A stretch of DNA of 62,108 nucleotides, counting the filler, from Squatina squatina (Eukaryota), in the NCBI GenBank assembly GCA_031763465.1. It is 4 parts of 4 records of this genome, joined end to end, with 100 filler letters (N's around TTAATTAATTAA, not from the genome) between each part and the next. Parts side by side here need not be neighbours in the genome. Positions count along the whole stretch, not along the records: positions 1 to 17,144 come from JARFOE010000001.1; positions 17,245 to 35,420 come from JARFOE010000222.1; 2 more parts are not named here. One strand, 5' to 3'. The position numbers and the translations under genes were made by a program. Under the pieces are notes generated by a model. It ran no database searches, was not told the DNA's origin, and saw only the letters and a list, made by a program, of their open reading frames with translations. Shown one piece after another: positions 13,611 through 27,394 of the stretch; the stretch's first letter is position 1; each line of letters starts with the position of its first letter.

Positions 13611-15553
13611 AGACAATGGCCCTGAATTTGCGATAGAAAGTTTCCTGCATGCGGCAGCCTCCAATCACAAAAATGTCTACAAACTTACCTGTCAGTCATG
13701 GATCCACGCGAGCTTGCGATTTTCTGCCTGCCACAGATGGAGTTTTGGAGCAAGGTTCTGTTCATTCCTGTCTATGTCCAGCGAAGGCTGTGCAGAGGTC
13801 ACATAGGAGGCCCCAACCAATCAGGCAGGTGTATCTCTCATTCTGACAGATCTGCCAAAGCTTGAATGAGAGATGAAAAACTACACAAACATAGATCCAA
13901 AAACATTTTAAAAAACTATCCTAACATTAAAATTTAATAAAAAGATGAATAAGACATTTTGTTTGAATTTTAAAAAATCTTTTCAATTGTTTAAAAACGC
14001 ACTTACCTTAATGGAAAATGTTTGTAAGTAATTTACCATTTGCTTTTGATTTAATTTTTGGGGATTATTATTTTGCCTTCAATTACTTAGCTAAAGTATA
14101 ATTTAAACAGAATATGCAACGATAGCCATGGGATAGCTCTGTATCAAACTCATGGTACTGCCCAGTTCACATGGATGGTACGCCCCGGTGTCTTGTCCTG
14201 TATCCCCACATATATATGTCAGGTTATGTGAAGAATAAATAGTGATCTTGATGAATTTGCTTATACTCAGAATTGCATGGATGCCGACTCAATTCCGCGA
14301 CATCTGTTTATTCTCGGCAGCAAGGGGTCCAGCGCTATTGTGAGCGCGCGTTCGTGCATGCACTGCTTGATGGGCGTACATAAATCATTCTGTGTTGCCT
14401 CGTTAAAAATCACAATAAGACCAATACAAACAAATAAAGGAATAGACTGGGACCGCTCCGAGTTTGAGGAAAACGGCCTGAAATGTTTTGCTGCCTCAGT
14501 GCAGATGTCACTATAGCGAGGAGTCAGGATTCTGCAGTTTGGGGCTTCGCTATCGATCTGTCTGAAATGAGATATTCTGGTAAATATAAAGTAATCCATA
14601 CGCAAGACTTTCCCTCGATCGACTCTGCGCTCTCAAGTGAGATTATTTTTCTCTTATTTGATACGGGGTTGTGCTCCCGCCCCTCATTCAGTCTCTCTGG
14701 TGCTTACGCTGAGACAGCAACGATTCTGTTTGAACTAACAGGAGCTGAGTGCAATTCTGCCAATAAAAAAATAAAGCCCTTTCGCGGTTTTCCCAGTCAC
14801 TGACTTTATCAGTTTCCTCACAAGCACGAAAATTGGCAGCTAACCAGGAAACGATCTCATCTCATCATCGCATCTCATCAGAAGTACATTCAGTGTTTCA
14901 GGAGCAAACCTTTAAAAATAAACTTCATTGAGGTATCTTATTCAGTCCTTTGAGATGTCGTACTAACTGAAATTCTACATAAAATTACAAAGGGAACAGC
15001 ACCATTATTATATGGTTTATTAACTTGGCGAGTTGTTCGGAAGCTGAGGCTGTCCGGCTCTCGCTGTTGAACACTCCCTCCCTTGCTGTAAGCGTATGGC
15101 CCCCTTTCTGTTCTAACTGGAGATGTGTTCAGTCCGATAGAAACTTTTTCTTTGCTTATCACAACTCAGCGGGGATTGGAGGCGATGAAGCGCTTGGTAT
15201 CATTGAATCTCTCCAGTGAATGGGAACAACCCGTCTGCACCGACGCGCCGCTCAGCTGTGTCTGAATGAACCCAATATTCAAGCGGGCGAGAAGTGATTT
15301 TTGTTGTTGAGGCTTCCTTCTGAGGATAAGGGGCAATAACACGGCTATTGTAGAAAAGATTCAACCTTGATGAAATATTAATCAGAACCTTCTATCCTAT
15401 TTAGTGAGCTGCACAGAAACTTCACCTACTGTGAAAGGCTGTCAGATTTTCACATCGCCACCTGTGTGTGACTCGGGATGCTAGGTTTAAATTGCTCCTT
15501 CTGTTTGCTGTTAAATAAAGTCCCGTCGCTAAATAAATGCAGTAAAAGGCTTA

Positions 15554-16235
<682 letters not shown>

Positions 16236-16377
16236 NNNNNNNNNNNNNNNNNNNNNNNNNNNNNNNNNNNNNNNNNNNNNNNNNNNNNNNNNNNNNNNNN
16301 NNNNNNNNNNNNNNNNNNNNNNNNNNNNNNNNNNNAAAGCAATAGAGCGTAGAAAGTGCTTTAAAGATGACCATGCT

Positions 16378-16383
16378 TTTATT
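16378..16383 (-). promoter_or_regulatory. Candidate polyadenylation signal for YIPF7
   Basis: TTTATT on + (AATAAA on minus), about 100 nt after the stop codon. Confidence 0.45.
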
Positions 16384-16481
16384 GGTAAATATATTTCTGA
16401 ATCCCAAAATTGCATCAATAAAAACATAATGTACAATTAAAACAAAATTGAAACTGTACATTTAGTGTTGAAACAATGAAC

Positions 16482-16838
<357 letters not shown>

Positions 16839-17188
16839 TCAATGCCACTGTTGATGGAATTAAGTGAAGAAATCAGAAAATAGGTTAACTCAAAATCGGA
16901 GTATGTGTTGTGATTAAAATTTTGATAATTAGTTTCTTTCTTAAAGCTGGAGCCTGGAAATTATAGTAAGAAGTTATCATATGAACATCAAACACAATGG
17001 CATAGAGTCAGTATCCTGCTCATTTTAAATGTGTTAACACCTCCATTAAAATAGTGATATTATTAATTTGATACTAACAGCCAACATTAACATGACCTAT
17101 AGTGATTTCCAGGCTGATGAATTGTTCAAACCATTGATTTCATCNNNNNNNNNNNNNNNNNNNNNNNNNNNNNNNNNNNNNNNNNNNN

Positions 17189-17200
17189 TTAATTAATTAA
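17189..17200. other. Artificial scaffold linker (N44-TTAATTAATTAA-N44)
   Basis: Palindromic six-frame stop cassette embedded in Ns; identical at 35465 and 47655. Confidence 0.97.
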
Positions 17201-17860
17201 NNNNNNNNNNNNNNNNNNNNNNNNNNNNNNNNNNNNNNNNNNNNCAATTGGGCAGCAGACTTAACCACTTAGACAGGGTGTGAACAGAGTACTGCAGCTA
17301 GAACAAGTTTGGATAAACCAGGATCCAGGGTGGGTTTAAAGGGGAAATTGAAAGGACTTATTTGTACATATTCAAACATTAACTCTTTCATGCATTCCCA
17401 TCAGTCAACTGATGTATGTATTCTGTCACTTTCGATTAAGTCAAAAAATGTAAACATATTTAGCCTGGTGTTGATTATGGATTCAAAAGATTTTTTTTAA
17501 GAATACAAAAGGAGTCTAACGCTCTCAATAAATATTCTAAGATTGTAGTCTATGATTTCTGCATTGGTTACTTCAAAAACAAAACTAAATGTAAAACAAT
17601 GTGCAGATTTTATGGTAATAGTATTATTTTCTTTACGTAAACTGTATTGAAATACCTTCAACGTCAAAACAAGTGTAGCAGAAATAAATTAAAGACCATT
17701 CTGCGAAGGGTTGATCGTCACTTCTTTGTAAACTGCCCTATCCAGAACACCAAAAGGGGCTCCAATGCTGCAGACCCTGACAATTATTGTTTCGTCTGTT
17801 GCCGGATAAAATCGGGGTAATTTCCATCGATTAAGTCTCAGACACATACAGCATAAATGG

Positions 17861-18988
17861 TCATATAACGCAGTAAGGTTCCCTTGGTAACCTAGATTTT
17901 CGACAGTAAAGGATGTTGGTGCTGAAACAACGTCTTAGCTCCCGGTTGGAGAAGATGCAGATGAATGGATTGACCCCAGCCTGGGCAAAAGTCATCCAGA
18001 CTGCAGCCGTCAGGTAGCCACGTGGAACAGCGGGACCTTTCACAAAAACACGCCAGTAACAAGCTACCAGATATGGGCACCAGAGAGCCACGAAGAAGAA
18101 GGTGATCAGGTAGAACATCCTGCCTATTCTTTTCTCGGTTTTGAACTCGTCCATGACCAGCAGCCTCCTCCTCATGCCCTGGCCCTGGGGGTTTTGCCTG
18201 ATTCCCAGCAGAGTCGGAGGGGTTGGTCCCCGGCCAAAACCAGCGATCCAGTTGGCAGCCGCTTGCCCAGTGGCTCCTGGCCCGTGGAAAGTCCAGTTCT
18301 GGCTGACTGCGGGCACCAGTTGGACNNNNNNNNNNNNNNNNNNNNNNNNNNNNNNNNNNNNNNNNNNNNNNNNNNNNNNNNNNNNNNNNNNNNNNNNNNN
18401 NNNNNNNNNNNNNNNNNNNNNNNNNNNNNNNNNNNNNNNNNNNNNNNNNNNNNNNNNNNNNNNNNNNNNNNNNNNNNNNNNNNNNNNNNNNNNNNNNNNN
18501 NNNNNNNNNNNNNNNNNNNNNNNNNNNNNNNNNNNNNNNNNNNNNNNNNNNNNNNNNNNNNNNNNNNNNNNNNNNNNNNNNNNNNNNNNNNNNNNNNNNN
18601 NNNNNNNNNNNNNNNNNNNNNNNNNNNNNNNNNNNNNNNNNNNNNNNNNNNNNNNNNNNNNNNNNNNNNNNNNNNNNNNNNNNNNNNNNNNNNNNNNNNN
18701 NNNNNNNNNNNNNNNNNNNNNNNNNNNNNNNNNNNNNNNNNNNNNNNNNNNNNNNNNNNNNNNNNNNNNNNNNNNNNNNNNNNNNNNNNNNNNNNNNNNN
18801 NNNNNNNNNNNNNNNNNNNNNNNNNNNNNNNNNNNNNNNNNNNNNNNNNNNNNNNNNAGCAGGTTTCCCAGCACGCCGACCCCAATGATGAAACCCAGGG
18901 ATGTTAGCTTGAAGAACGTCGCCAGAGGAGACACATTCTGCAAAAGGTTCTCGCTGCTCCCAGTAGCTGCATGGCTGTAGTTCGCCAT
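17861..18988 (-). CDS. GPR85: SREB-family orphan GPCR, GPR85 (SREB2)-like; intronless; middle hidden in a sized gap
   Basis: N-term MANYSHAA..NLLQNVSPLATFFKLTSLGFIIGV; C-term VSQNWTFHGPGATGQAAANWIAGFGRGPTPPTLLGIRQN...IFSNRELRRCFS..LYCRKSRLPREPYCVI*. Both halves are in frame across the gap, giving 375 aa. Confidence 0.85.
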   Translation of the reverse strand: MANYSHAATGSSENLLQNVSPLATFFKLTSLGFIIGVGVLGNLXXXXXXXXXXXXXXXXXXXXXXXXXXXXXXXXXXXXXXXXXXXXXXXXXXXXXXXXXXXXXXXXXXXXXXXXXXXXXXXXXXXXXXXXXXXXXXXXXXXXXXXXXXXXXXXXXXXXXXXXXXXXXXXXXXXXXXXXXXXXXXXXXXXXXXXXXXXXXXXXXXXXXXXXXXXXXXXXXXVQLVPAVSQNWTFHGPGATGQAAANWIAGFGRGPTPPTLLGIRQNPQGQGMRRRLLVMDEFKTEKRIGRMFYLITFFFVALWCPYLVACYWRVFVKGPAVPRGYLTAAVWMTFAQAGVNPFICIFSNRELRRCFSTNILYCRKSRLPREPYCVI

Positions 18989-19019
18989 AGATACTGTCAA
19001 TGGAAATCTGGGGATAGCC

Positions 19020-19043
19020 TCAGCCACGGCGGCGAAGTACCAT
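19020..19043 (-). promoter_or_regulatory. Short uORF (MVLRRRG*) in the GPR85-like 5'UTR
   Basis: ATG GTA CTT CGC CGC CGT GGC TGA ending 31 nt before the main ATG. A likely acceptor for this exon is TTTTACAG| at 19230. Confidence 0.45.
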
Positions 19044-19909
19044 GATGGAGGGAAGCGCCAGTTAAAAAAAATAATCCAGCCCCCAATCTAGCTCTTCTGT
19101 GTCAATAGATGTAGGTGGAAAAACATCCAACGCTAGCGTGTCCGGCCCTACCCGGGCATCATTCTCATTCTCGACATCTAGAATATCCACCGGATCGGGT
19201 GACCGGCTGAATCATTCACGGCTAGGACCCTGTAAAATGAATCATCATATATTTCAAAAAGAGCCTCTTATTTCTCAAAAAAAAACCAATACACAGCAGA
19301 TTAACTATTAACATTTTTGAAGCACTATTGCATCGACTTTTTTTGTCCACAGCAAAAATACATGTACTCACAGAGAAAGAGAGAGCAAAAAAAGCCCTGA
19401 AAGCCCCAAACGGCAGTCTGCGGTGACGGAAGAGAAGAACACAGGAAAATAATTGCAAACCGTTGGTTTGGTACAGCAAAAAAAAGTGTATTTGAAAATC
19501 GTAAACGTGTCTGTGTCTGGACAAAGAAAAAAGCAGGCGGCTGTTCTCCCTTCAATCCTTGCTGGAAGAAGCATCTTGCCTTTCCAATTAGGTGTGCTGT
19601 TGAGCATCTGCAGCAGAAACAAATTGGTTGTCCCTTTTGCCTGTTGTAAGTATCGTTAGGCCGAGGCAAAACACCATGAGATCAAATTCTACATTTCAAT
19701 TTTTTCGTTTGTGAATAGCTTTTAGGAAGCCACTTAAGGGAGAGCGTACTGCCCCAGCACCTGCTCAATTAATCTCAGCTCCTTTGCTTAAGGGTACGTG
19801 CAGCCTTCATTAAGAACATCTTAGTTACAAAACAAGGAACTCCCTCTGGCAAATAATCTAACATTGCTACTAAGAAGGCATCCTGTCTGGTTAGGAACAN
19901 NNNNNNNNN

Positions 19910-20240
19910 TAGGCCATTCAGTCCCTCGGGCCTGCTCCGCCACTCAATGAGATCATGGCTGATCCGTATCCTTTTCCCACCTTGGCTCCATCTCCCTTGA
20001 TACCCTTACCAAAACAAAAATCTATCGCTCTCAGCCTTGCAAGCTCCTCCAGCATCCACAGCCTTTTGGGAGAGAGAATTCTACCATCCCTTGTGTGAAA
20101 AAATGCTTCCTGATTTTGCTCCTGAGTTCTGGCCTGGCTCTAATTTTATAAAGTCGTCCCCTGGTTCTTGATTCCCCCACCAGAAGAAATAGTTCCCCTG
20201 TATATCTGCCCTAGCAAATCCTTGGAACATTTTAAACACA
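19910..20240 (-). mobile_element. CR1 LINE 3' end
   Basis: AGGCCATTCAG.CCCTCG.GCCTGCTCCGCCA.TCAATGAGATCATGGCTGAT motif; also at ~58285-58402 and ~59855-59925. Confidence 0.75.
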
Positions 20241-20249
20241 CCAACGGGG

Positions 20250-20825
20250 ACTCGGTACTGTAGTTGTTAAGTTGAGGGACTAGTTAATCCAGAGGTTTGG
20301 ACCATTGATCCAGGGACGTGAGTTCAAATCCCACCATGGCAGCTGTGGAAGTTAAATTCAGTTAATTAAATAGTCTGGAATTTTTTTAAAAAAGCAAGTG
20401 TCAGCAATGGTGACCATGAAACTACCGGATGGTTCTAAAAACCCATCTGGTTCACTAATGTCCATCAGAGAAGGGGTCAGCCATTTAGGACTGAGATGAG
20501 GAGAAATTACCTGGTCCTTACCTGGTCTGGCCTGTATGTGACTCCAGAACCACAGCAATGTGGTTGACTCTTAAATGGCCTAGCAAGCAACTCAGTTATA
20601 AACAACTGCTACAAAAAGCCAAATTAAGAATAAAACTAGACGGAACACCTGCCATCGACCTNNNNNNNNNNGTTGACTCTTATCTGCCCCTCTGAAATGG
20701 CCGAGCGAGACACTCAGTTGTAAAGAACTGTTCAAGGCGGCAGCTCTTCACCACCTCCTCAAGGGCAACTAGAGATGGGCAATAAATGCTGGCCTTGCCA
20801 GCGGCACCCACATCCCAGGAACAAC
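20250..20825 (+). mobile_element. tRNA-derived SINE (elasmobranch family)
   Basis: B-box GAGTTCAAATCCCACC followed by a body ending GGGCAATAAATGCTGGCC..CCCACATCCC; the reverse complement of the tail recurs at ~6665-6720 and ~22938-22983. Confidence 0.65.
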
Positions 20826-22149
20826 TGGTCATCCCTGGACTCATAGGAATACAAGCCAGGTATATGCAACCGGTCCTGAACAAAGATATTGATTCCAAGT
20901 GCCACACAACTGTACATTTATCTGTATGCAAATGTGTAATCATAATTTTTTTCCAGACAGAAGCTAGCTTTGTTCACGGTAAGTCACGTGATGCATTGTT
21001 TTACNNNNNNNNNNNNNNNNNNNNNNNNNNNNNNNNNNNNNNNNNNNNNNNNNNNNNNNNNNNNNNNNNNNNNNNNNNNNNNNNNNNNNNNNNNNNNNNN
21101 NNNNTTATATGCAATACGTCTGCTCCACCGGGGACACGATTAACGCTAATTTATGTTACTTCAGCCCAGCCAGGCATTGCAAAGCTTTACAGGCGGCTGG
21201 GCCTGGTAGAGATAACCTTTAGTGCATCGCTGCATTGTCAAATATTTTTTATTTCATCAGTTCTTCGCTGTCAATTTGTTGCTACACATTCGAATCAAAA
21301 AACGTACACAGCCATTTAACAAATTAGCGTTTAATACGTATTTTCTGAAGGTATATTAGTATGCAAAATGTGTGTGCGTGCATAATGCCCACGTGCGGCC
21401 CATTTATCACTGCACATAATCTGCGCCAAACATATATGAACATATCTATAGGGTGAAGTGGTAATTATTGACTCTATATGACTTTATTATCCATTTCAGA
21501 ACGAAAGTTCTTTTTCCTGCACCTGATGTTAATGTTTTTTGGAAGTTTGGTATAGTTTTTGATTAACTATATGGCTATATAGCAAAACCACTGGTTTAAT
21601 GACTTCATATGCCATTGGATTTTGTTCTGTGTAATTAGGCCCACAAATACTGGATAAATGATCCATGTGCATCATTGATCTTCACACTGTATCTGGCTAA
21701 AATAATACTGTAAAGCTTACCACAGAGCAACACATTAAAAGTTTTCTTAACAGTTCTGTGTTTTAAGCTTTTTCGTCAAATGTTTCCATTGAGATTCAAT
21801 TGAGCTGCCATTGAATCCAGAGAGAAATTTTTAAAAAGTGAAGCAAATTTGAGCAGATTATTGTCAAAGTATATTTTTAAACAGCGTTGTCATCAGATTG
21901 GGTAAGAACGGCAACTCCTGAAAGGAGGTCAGATTATAATAGCTTTCACTGCCTCCTTTCTCACAGGTGTAAAGACAATTTGTGTGCAACATTGAGTGAG
22001 CAAGATTGAAGTATAGTATGGTGTAACGGCAATGATACTAGCAATGACTTGGCAATTAGAATTTAGATGACCACATAAAGGCAAAATTTTGAATGGGAAA
22101 CGGGAGAACACCACCATTCCCTATTAGGGGCACCCCTGAAGTAAAGTCT

Positions 22150-22545
22150 TTGCGCAGCGGTAGCACCTGGGTCTCTGAGTAAGAACATTTTGCCATGAGC
22201 CCCATTCCAGAGACTTGAGCACATAATCTAAGATGACACTTCAGTGCAGTAATGAGAGAGTGGGGCACTGTCAGAGGCAATTTTTCAGCTGAGATCTAAC
22301 TAAAAGATCTATGGCACTATTGGAAGAAGTAGTGGGGGTGGGGGGTGGTGCCAGTGGTCTCCAGTATCCTGTCTAACAGGATATATCCTTTATCTGGTCA
22401 GCTATCTCATTGCTGTTTTTGTGCTCAATTTGGCTGCCACACTTGCCACCATTACAACAGTGATTAGGTTTCAAAAAGCACTTTAGAGGCTGTGAAGTGG
22501 TTTGGGAGGTCCCAAGGTTGTGAAAAACTCTATAGAAATACAATT
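22150..22545 (+). mobile_element. Deu-domain SINE (SacSINE1/AmnSINE1-like)
   Basis: ACTTGAGCACATAATCTA..CAGTGCAGTAATGAG..AAAGATCTATGGCACTATT.GAAGAAG..CTCATTGCTGTT..TTGGCTGCC; reverse copies at ~33990-34216, ~55936-56125 and ~60860-60935. Confidence 0.65.
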
Positions 22546-25500
22546 ATTTTTAATATTATGAAATATCTTCTTTACTTTAAGCCAGAAGACACCACCAATA
22601 CAAGAGATGCTTCAAGCTGGGAAACACAGGAGTTCCCCTTCACTCCCTTTCCCCAAGTTAGCATCTTCACACAGTCATTTAGAGGGAGCATCTCTGCTTT
22701 CAATTCCTGATTCCTGTCTATCCCTGTGAACTGTCAACCAGCTCAGCATAGCATGGCCAGTAATAGATGTCACATCAATCAACTATGCCTCATAGCCCTT
22801 CCCCAAACGTATCAGTTTTAAAAGGATTTGACGTGCAGGAGCCTGGACAGCAAATCCGAAGTAATCATCAGGTAAATGGTAAGGTCCACAAGCTCATGAC
22901 ATATCAGATTAGTGATGCATTTTAAAAAGTTCGTTCTTGGGATATGGGCATTGCTTTCAAGGCTGGCATTTATTGCCGATCCCNNNNNNNNNNNNNNNNN
23001 NNNNNNNNNNNNNNNNNNNNNNNNNNNNNNNNNNNNNNNNNNNNNNNNNNNNNNNNNNNNNNNNNNNNNNNNNNNNNNNNNNNAGGCAATTCAATATGTA
23101 TTCTACTTTTTCAATTCTACTGTTTTTCAAGGTTCTAGATCACAGACTGTGCTAATACACCATTGCATCAATATGTCAAAGGCCAAGTAATTTCTCTCCA
23201 GCAGAATGGGATATCCTCTCAGTTTAACCTATTTGTGAATTTCTCAAATCTGTGATGGCACACTGACAAATGACAGCTCGATCCAATTACTTAGCCCTTT
23301 TCCATCTGAAGAGCTTTACATGTGATGAATGATAGGTTCAGGTTCTGAATTCTACTACCCTCATCTTAGAAGCCCCATCCATTACAAGAAAAAGTCAATA
23401 TATTTTTGGCTGGAGTCAGGATGATCTCAGGCTTCTCTAGTCAGATGTTTACCATCTAGTGGAAGGAGAAGGGTGTGTTTACTTCCCTTCCCGAGCCTGC
23501 GCTGCCCTCCTGGCTGAGCGCAGCCAGTGAGGCCCAGGCCAGAGAGGGCCTGTCTGTTCTCACCCTGGGCCAAATGGCTCAGCAGCGCCCCAGGTGGTGT
23601 ATCTGAAAACTGCGGCACCAGACCAGCTATTTCCTCTTTCTTTTTAAGTTGCCTTTCCCTCTTACCACTTTCTCGTAAGCCAACCTAAAATTAAATCTCA
23701 CAAAAGATGCCAATTTTTTTTTTTTTAAAAGGACACAGCTGCAAAATAAAATGCTGGCATTTCAAATATTGTCAGCTATTTTTGAACAAAAACTCAAAAG
23801 NNNNNNNNNNNNNNNNNNNNNNNNNNNNNNNNNNNNNNNNNNNNNNNNNNNNNNNNNNNNNNNNNNNNNNNNNNNNNNNNNNNNNNNNNNNNNNNNNNNN
23901 AAGTGGAAATCCCAGCTCAAAAGGATAGGTTGCGATTCTGCCAAAAACTTTTCATATGTAGACAGCAAGGGCTGAAATTTTAGTACATGGACATGGTGGA
24001 TCACTCTGAAGCAGATTAATCTTTAAGTAACTTTCATTCCTCTATCTTCACGGCCCTCTCTGCTTCCACAGGAATGCACATTGGTGTTGTTCTTTCCCTT
24101 TATATAATTTGTTCTGCATTAAATAAAACATCAACTGACATTACCAGCGAAGGACACTTTAGAACAAGAAAAGAAAGCATTTTACTCTGACACATCCTCA
24201 TGCAGAGATAAGGACAGCACTTATTGGAGTCACAAGTGGAAAATACTGAACAACAGATGGCACCGATTAACCTATAGGAAAATAGACACGCATTGGTGCA
24301 AATTGCATTTGTATTCCTGTGCCAAGACAAAAAATATGCCTATTGTCTGCCATTGCTTGCACTGTTACTGCAAGTCAAAGTGTAAATTGAAATAGTTCAT
24401 TGATTTTCATGAAAAGTAAAAACAAATTTAAATTACTACAAATACACAATTCAGTTGGCTGCAGATGAATCAGTTTTAACAAACGCCGATGGACTTTAAT
24501 GCCAATGATTCACTATAAAGTAGTCAGACTGATTTCAGCACAATTAAAAATAGCTTTCTGCCAGAAAATTAAAATATGAAGAGAGCCAAAGGAAAGTGTT
24601 AAGATTGGGTATATGCAGGACAAAAAGGACAGCGTCTGAAGGGAAATCAGAGCTGGACAAATGGCAGTACAGTACATAGGGTCTATTAAAACACAGAGAA
24701 AAAGATCCGTACAAAATTCCAAACACAGTCAGCACTTTGAAGGCTGCTTCTACATGATACTGATCAAGTTATTGAAGATCAGAACCTGCTGTTGTCACTG
24801 AACGACTGTTTCTACCACTCAGCGCCATAAATAAAATAATCTTCAAAATGGCTGTGCACTCCCTCCCCCACTCAACATGCACACCTCAGTCACTCCTCAG
24901 GGGTATCTCTTTGAAGATGCCTCCATTGCACTCAACAGCTACAGATCAAAGTGGACCAAAATAAATGTTAATTTAAGCCATCCAAAGTCGCCTCATGCAA
25001 AACTTCTCTGATTTAAAGTAAGCATTGTACCTACTGAGCCTGCAGCCCCATTCAAATCAAACGTACAACTGTCTTTTCCTATCCACTGTGACATAAGTGG
25101 CTTTGTTTGTTAATTGAAAGTAAAATATATTGTGACTCCCAAATGAAATTAAACTGTTTCATATTTAAAAGGAGTTTTGTATAGTCAGGTTGTTAATACC
25201 CAGAGGGTAATATCGGAGCAGATAACTTTATTTGGCAGCAATGGGGCAATGTTTACGTTGGATTTGGTCCCAGGAATCGACCCTTCTAAATTTGCTTTCA
25301 TTTTTTGGCCCTTGTGACCTTATTTACATTTATTATAATGAAGGCCAGTGGCACAGCTGATATAGAATACCCTTCTGTAAATACCTCTTCAGACCACCAA
25401 CAGGCTCAAATTATTTCTCATTGGTACAAAGATGGTGCAACATGCTGTTATTATATAAGTTTGCAATGCCTAAGACAAATGTTCTCAAACAGTTTTGTAG

Positions 25501-26064
25501 CCTGAAGCACTTTTAATTGTGAACTAAACCCCACTGACTCCCCTCCTCCCTCCCCAAGTTTGTTATATTTCTTGACCCTTTGTTACAAACAGCAATATCC
25601 TAGNNNNNNNNNNNNNNNNNNNNNNNNNNNNNNNNNNNNNNNNNNNNNNNNNNNNNNNNNNNNNNNNNNNNNNNNNNNNNNNNNNNNNNNNNNNNNNNNN
25701 NNNTTATGATGTCGCACACCGGCCCACCACGAAATTCGCCTGACAAGGGGCCCGGGGGATTTCTCCAAGAGGCATTTTCGCCCCGTTGGCATCCCTTGGA
25801 GGCGCTTAAAAAAAGGGCAAAAACAGAGCTGAGTTTTGCCTCCTATCTCTGACCAAGCTTTTGGTCACCTGCCCTAATTTCTCCTTCTGTGGTTTGGTGT
25901 CAAATTTTTGTCTTATAATACTCCTGTAAAGCACCTTGTGTTGTTTCACTACATTAAAGGTGCTAGATAAATACAAGTTGTTGTTGTTGTTGGATAAAGA
26001 AATGTCCAATTGTAGAAGTTCTGGTCAGCTTTTGTTTATTCTGGGATGAACATGAATAAAAATT

Positions 26065-26440
26065 TAAGAGCAAGCTCCAAGTGTATAAGGCAGTGGTTCT
26101 GGCATCGCTTCTCTATGGGTGAGAGACGTGGTTTACAGGTGCCACATCAAACTGCAAAGAAACCTCTGCCTTCGCACTAACGTGTAAACATTGAGGTTCT
26201 GCTTTGTCAGGCATTGAGACAATGATGATCAAGGCTTGACTAAGGTAGCCTGAGCATGTCCTGAGAATGTCTAATGACTGGTTGCCTCAAAATTGCTTTC
26301 TATTCTCAGCTGGAATGTCATAAGGATACATTGGAAAATAACTTCAAAACCTGTGAGGTCAATGTGGAGTCCTGGGAGCAGCATTGCATTCCTTTACCTA
26401 CCTGTTTGTACCATTTACCAAGGTGGATGCTGGTGTGTTG
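26065..26440 (+). mobile_element. RTE-clade LINE fragment, decayed
   Basis: KLQVYKAVVLASLLYG*ETW, the RTE/BovB C-terminal motif, followed by HVLRMSND.LPQ. Confidence 0.7.
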
Positions 26441-26700
26441 AAGCTACACAACAGAAAGTAACGAAAAAGACAAACTGCCAACTAGACTGTAACAACAAAC
26501 TTATACGATATTGCACTTACATTTTACATAAAATAACTACGGAGAGAAGACATACCCTGCTAATATTCCAGGCTACAACCTAATGTTATCATTTCAATGG
26601 ACAGTCAAACACTGCTTATGAACATTTGGGAAACAAAAAAAAGTTTAACAAGTTTATTGCCTAGCAGGATATCAGGATTCAGAAAATCTAAAGGCTTTTT

Positions 26701-27394
26701 GGGGCTAGAAATGAATTGTTGCCATGCTGCAGACACGCACAGGGCAGGAGCCAGCATTTCTCTCGCCGTCGCCCGCCCCGCCCTGCCCTGCCCTGCCACT
26801 CCCAGAATTCAGCGATCCGGGGAGCCTGCAAGGTGCAGCACACTCCCGGTCGCTACTGGGGCGGCTGGCCTTGGGCGCCGGTGGCATAGCTTCAGCGCCA
26901 CATCAGCAGCGTCACAAACGCAACGCGTTGACGTCAGCAGCACAGCCAGACCTTCCTTAAAGGGGACGCCGCCGGCCATCCTGACAGCACCCTGCAGCCG
27001 GACACTGAGCCACCAGGGACGCCGGCAACTGACGACGAAGTTGGTCAAAAAAATAAAGATGATGACCGGAGGCGCAGACCCCCTCCCCTTTAACAGGTCT
27101 GTTGCGGCTACAACTTTTACTGTCGCTGCAACCGCCCTGCGCTGTGGCCGCCTCCTGCAGGTGAATTTCGCCCGGGGGACGCAAACGGAGCATGAAGGGC
27201 GTTGCGGCTCTTCAGTGTGGGGCAGCGCGCATTTTGATGATGTCATGCACCGACCCGCTGTGAAATTCAGCTGGCCTTTGCATCCCACCTGAATTTCCTG
27301 GGAGGGGAGATGGCCGCCTTCTGGTGCCATTTTTTTCCTCTTACGCCACTCGGAGGCACTAATGCGGCATTGCAGGAGAAGAATTTCGGCCCCC
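26701..27394. mobile_element. GC-rich non-autonomous DNA transposon (MITE-like, probably Harbinger)
   Basis: Left end GGGGCTAGAAAT, right end AATTTCGGCCCC (imperfect TIRs); related to 8025-8434 and 32865-33560. Confidence 0.6.

Noticed and set aside
26597-27330. 231-aa and 173-aa ORFs
   Set aside because: They lie in a GC-rich non-autonomous transposon and have no recognisable domain.
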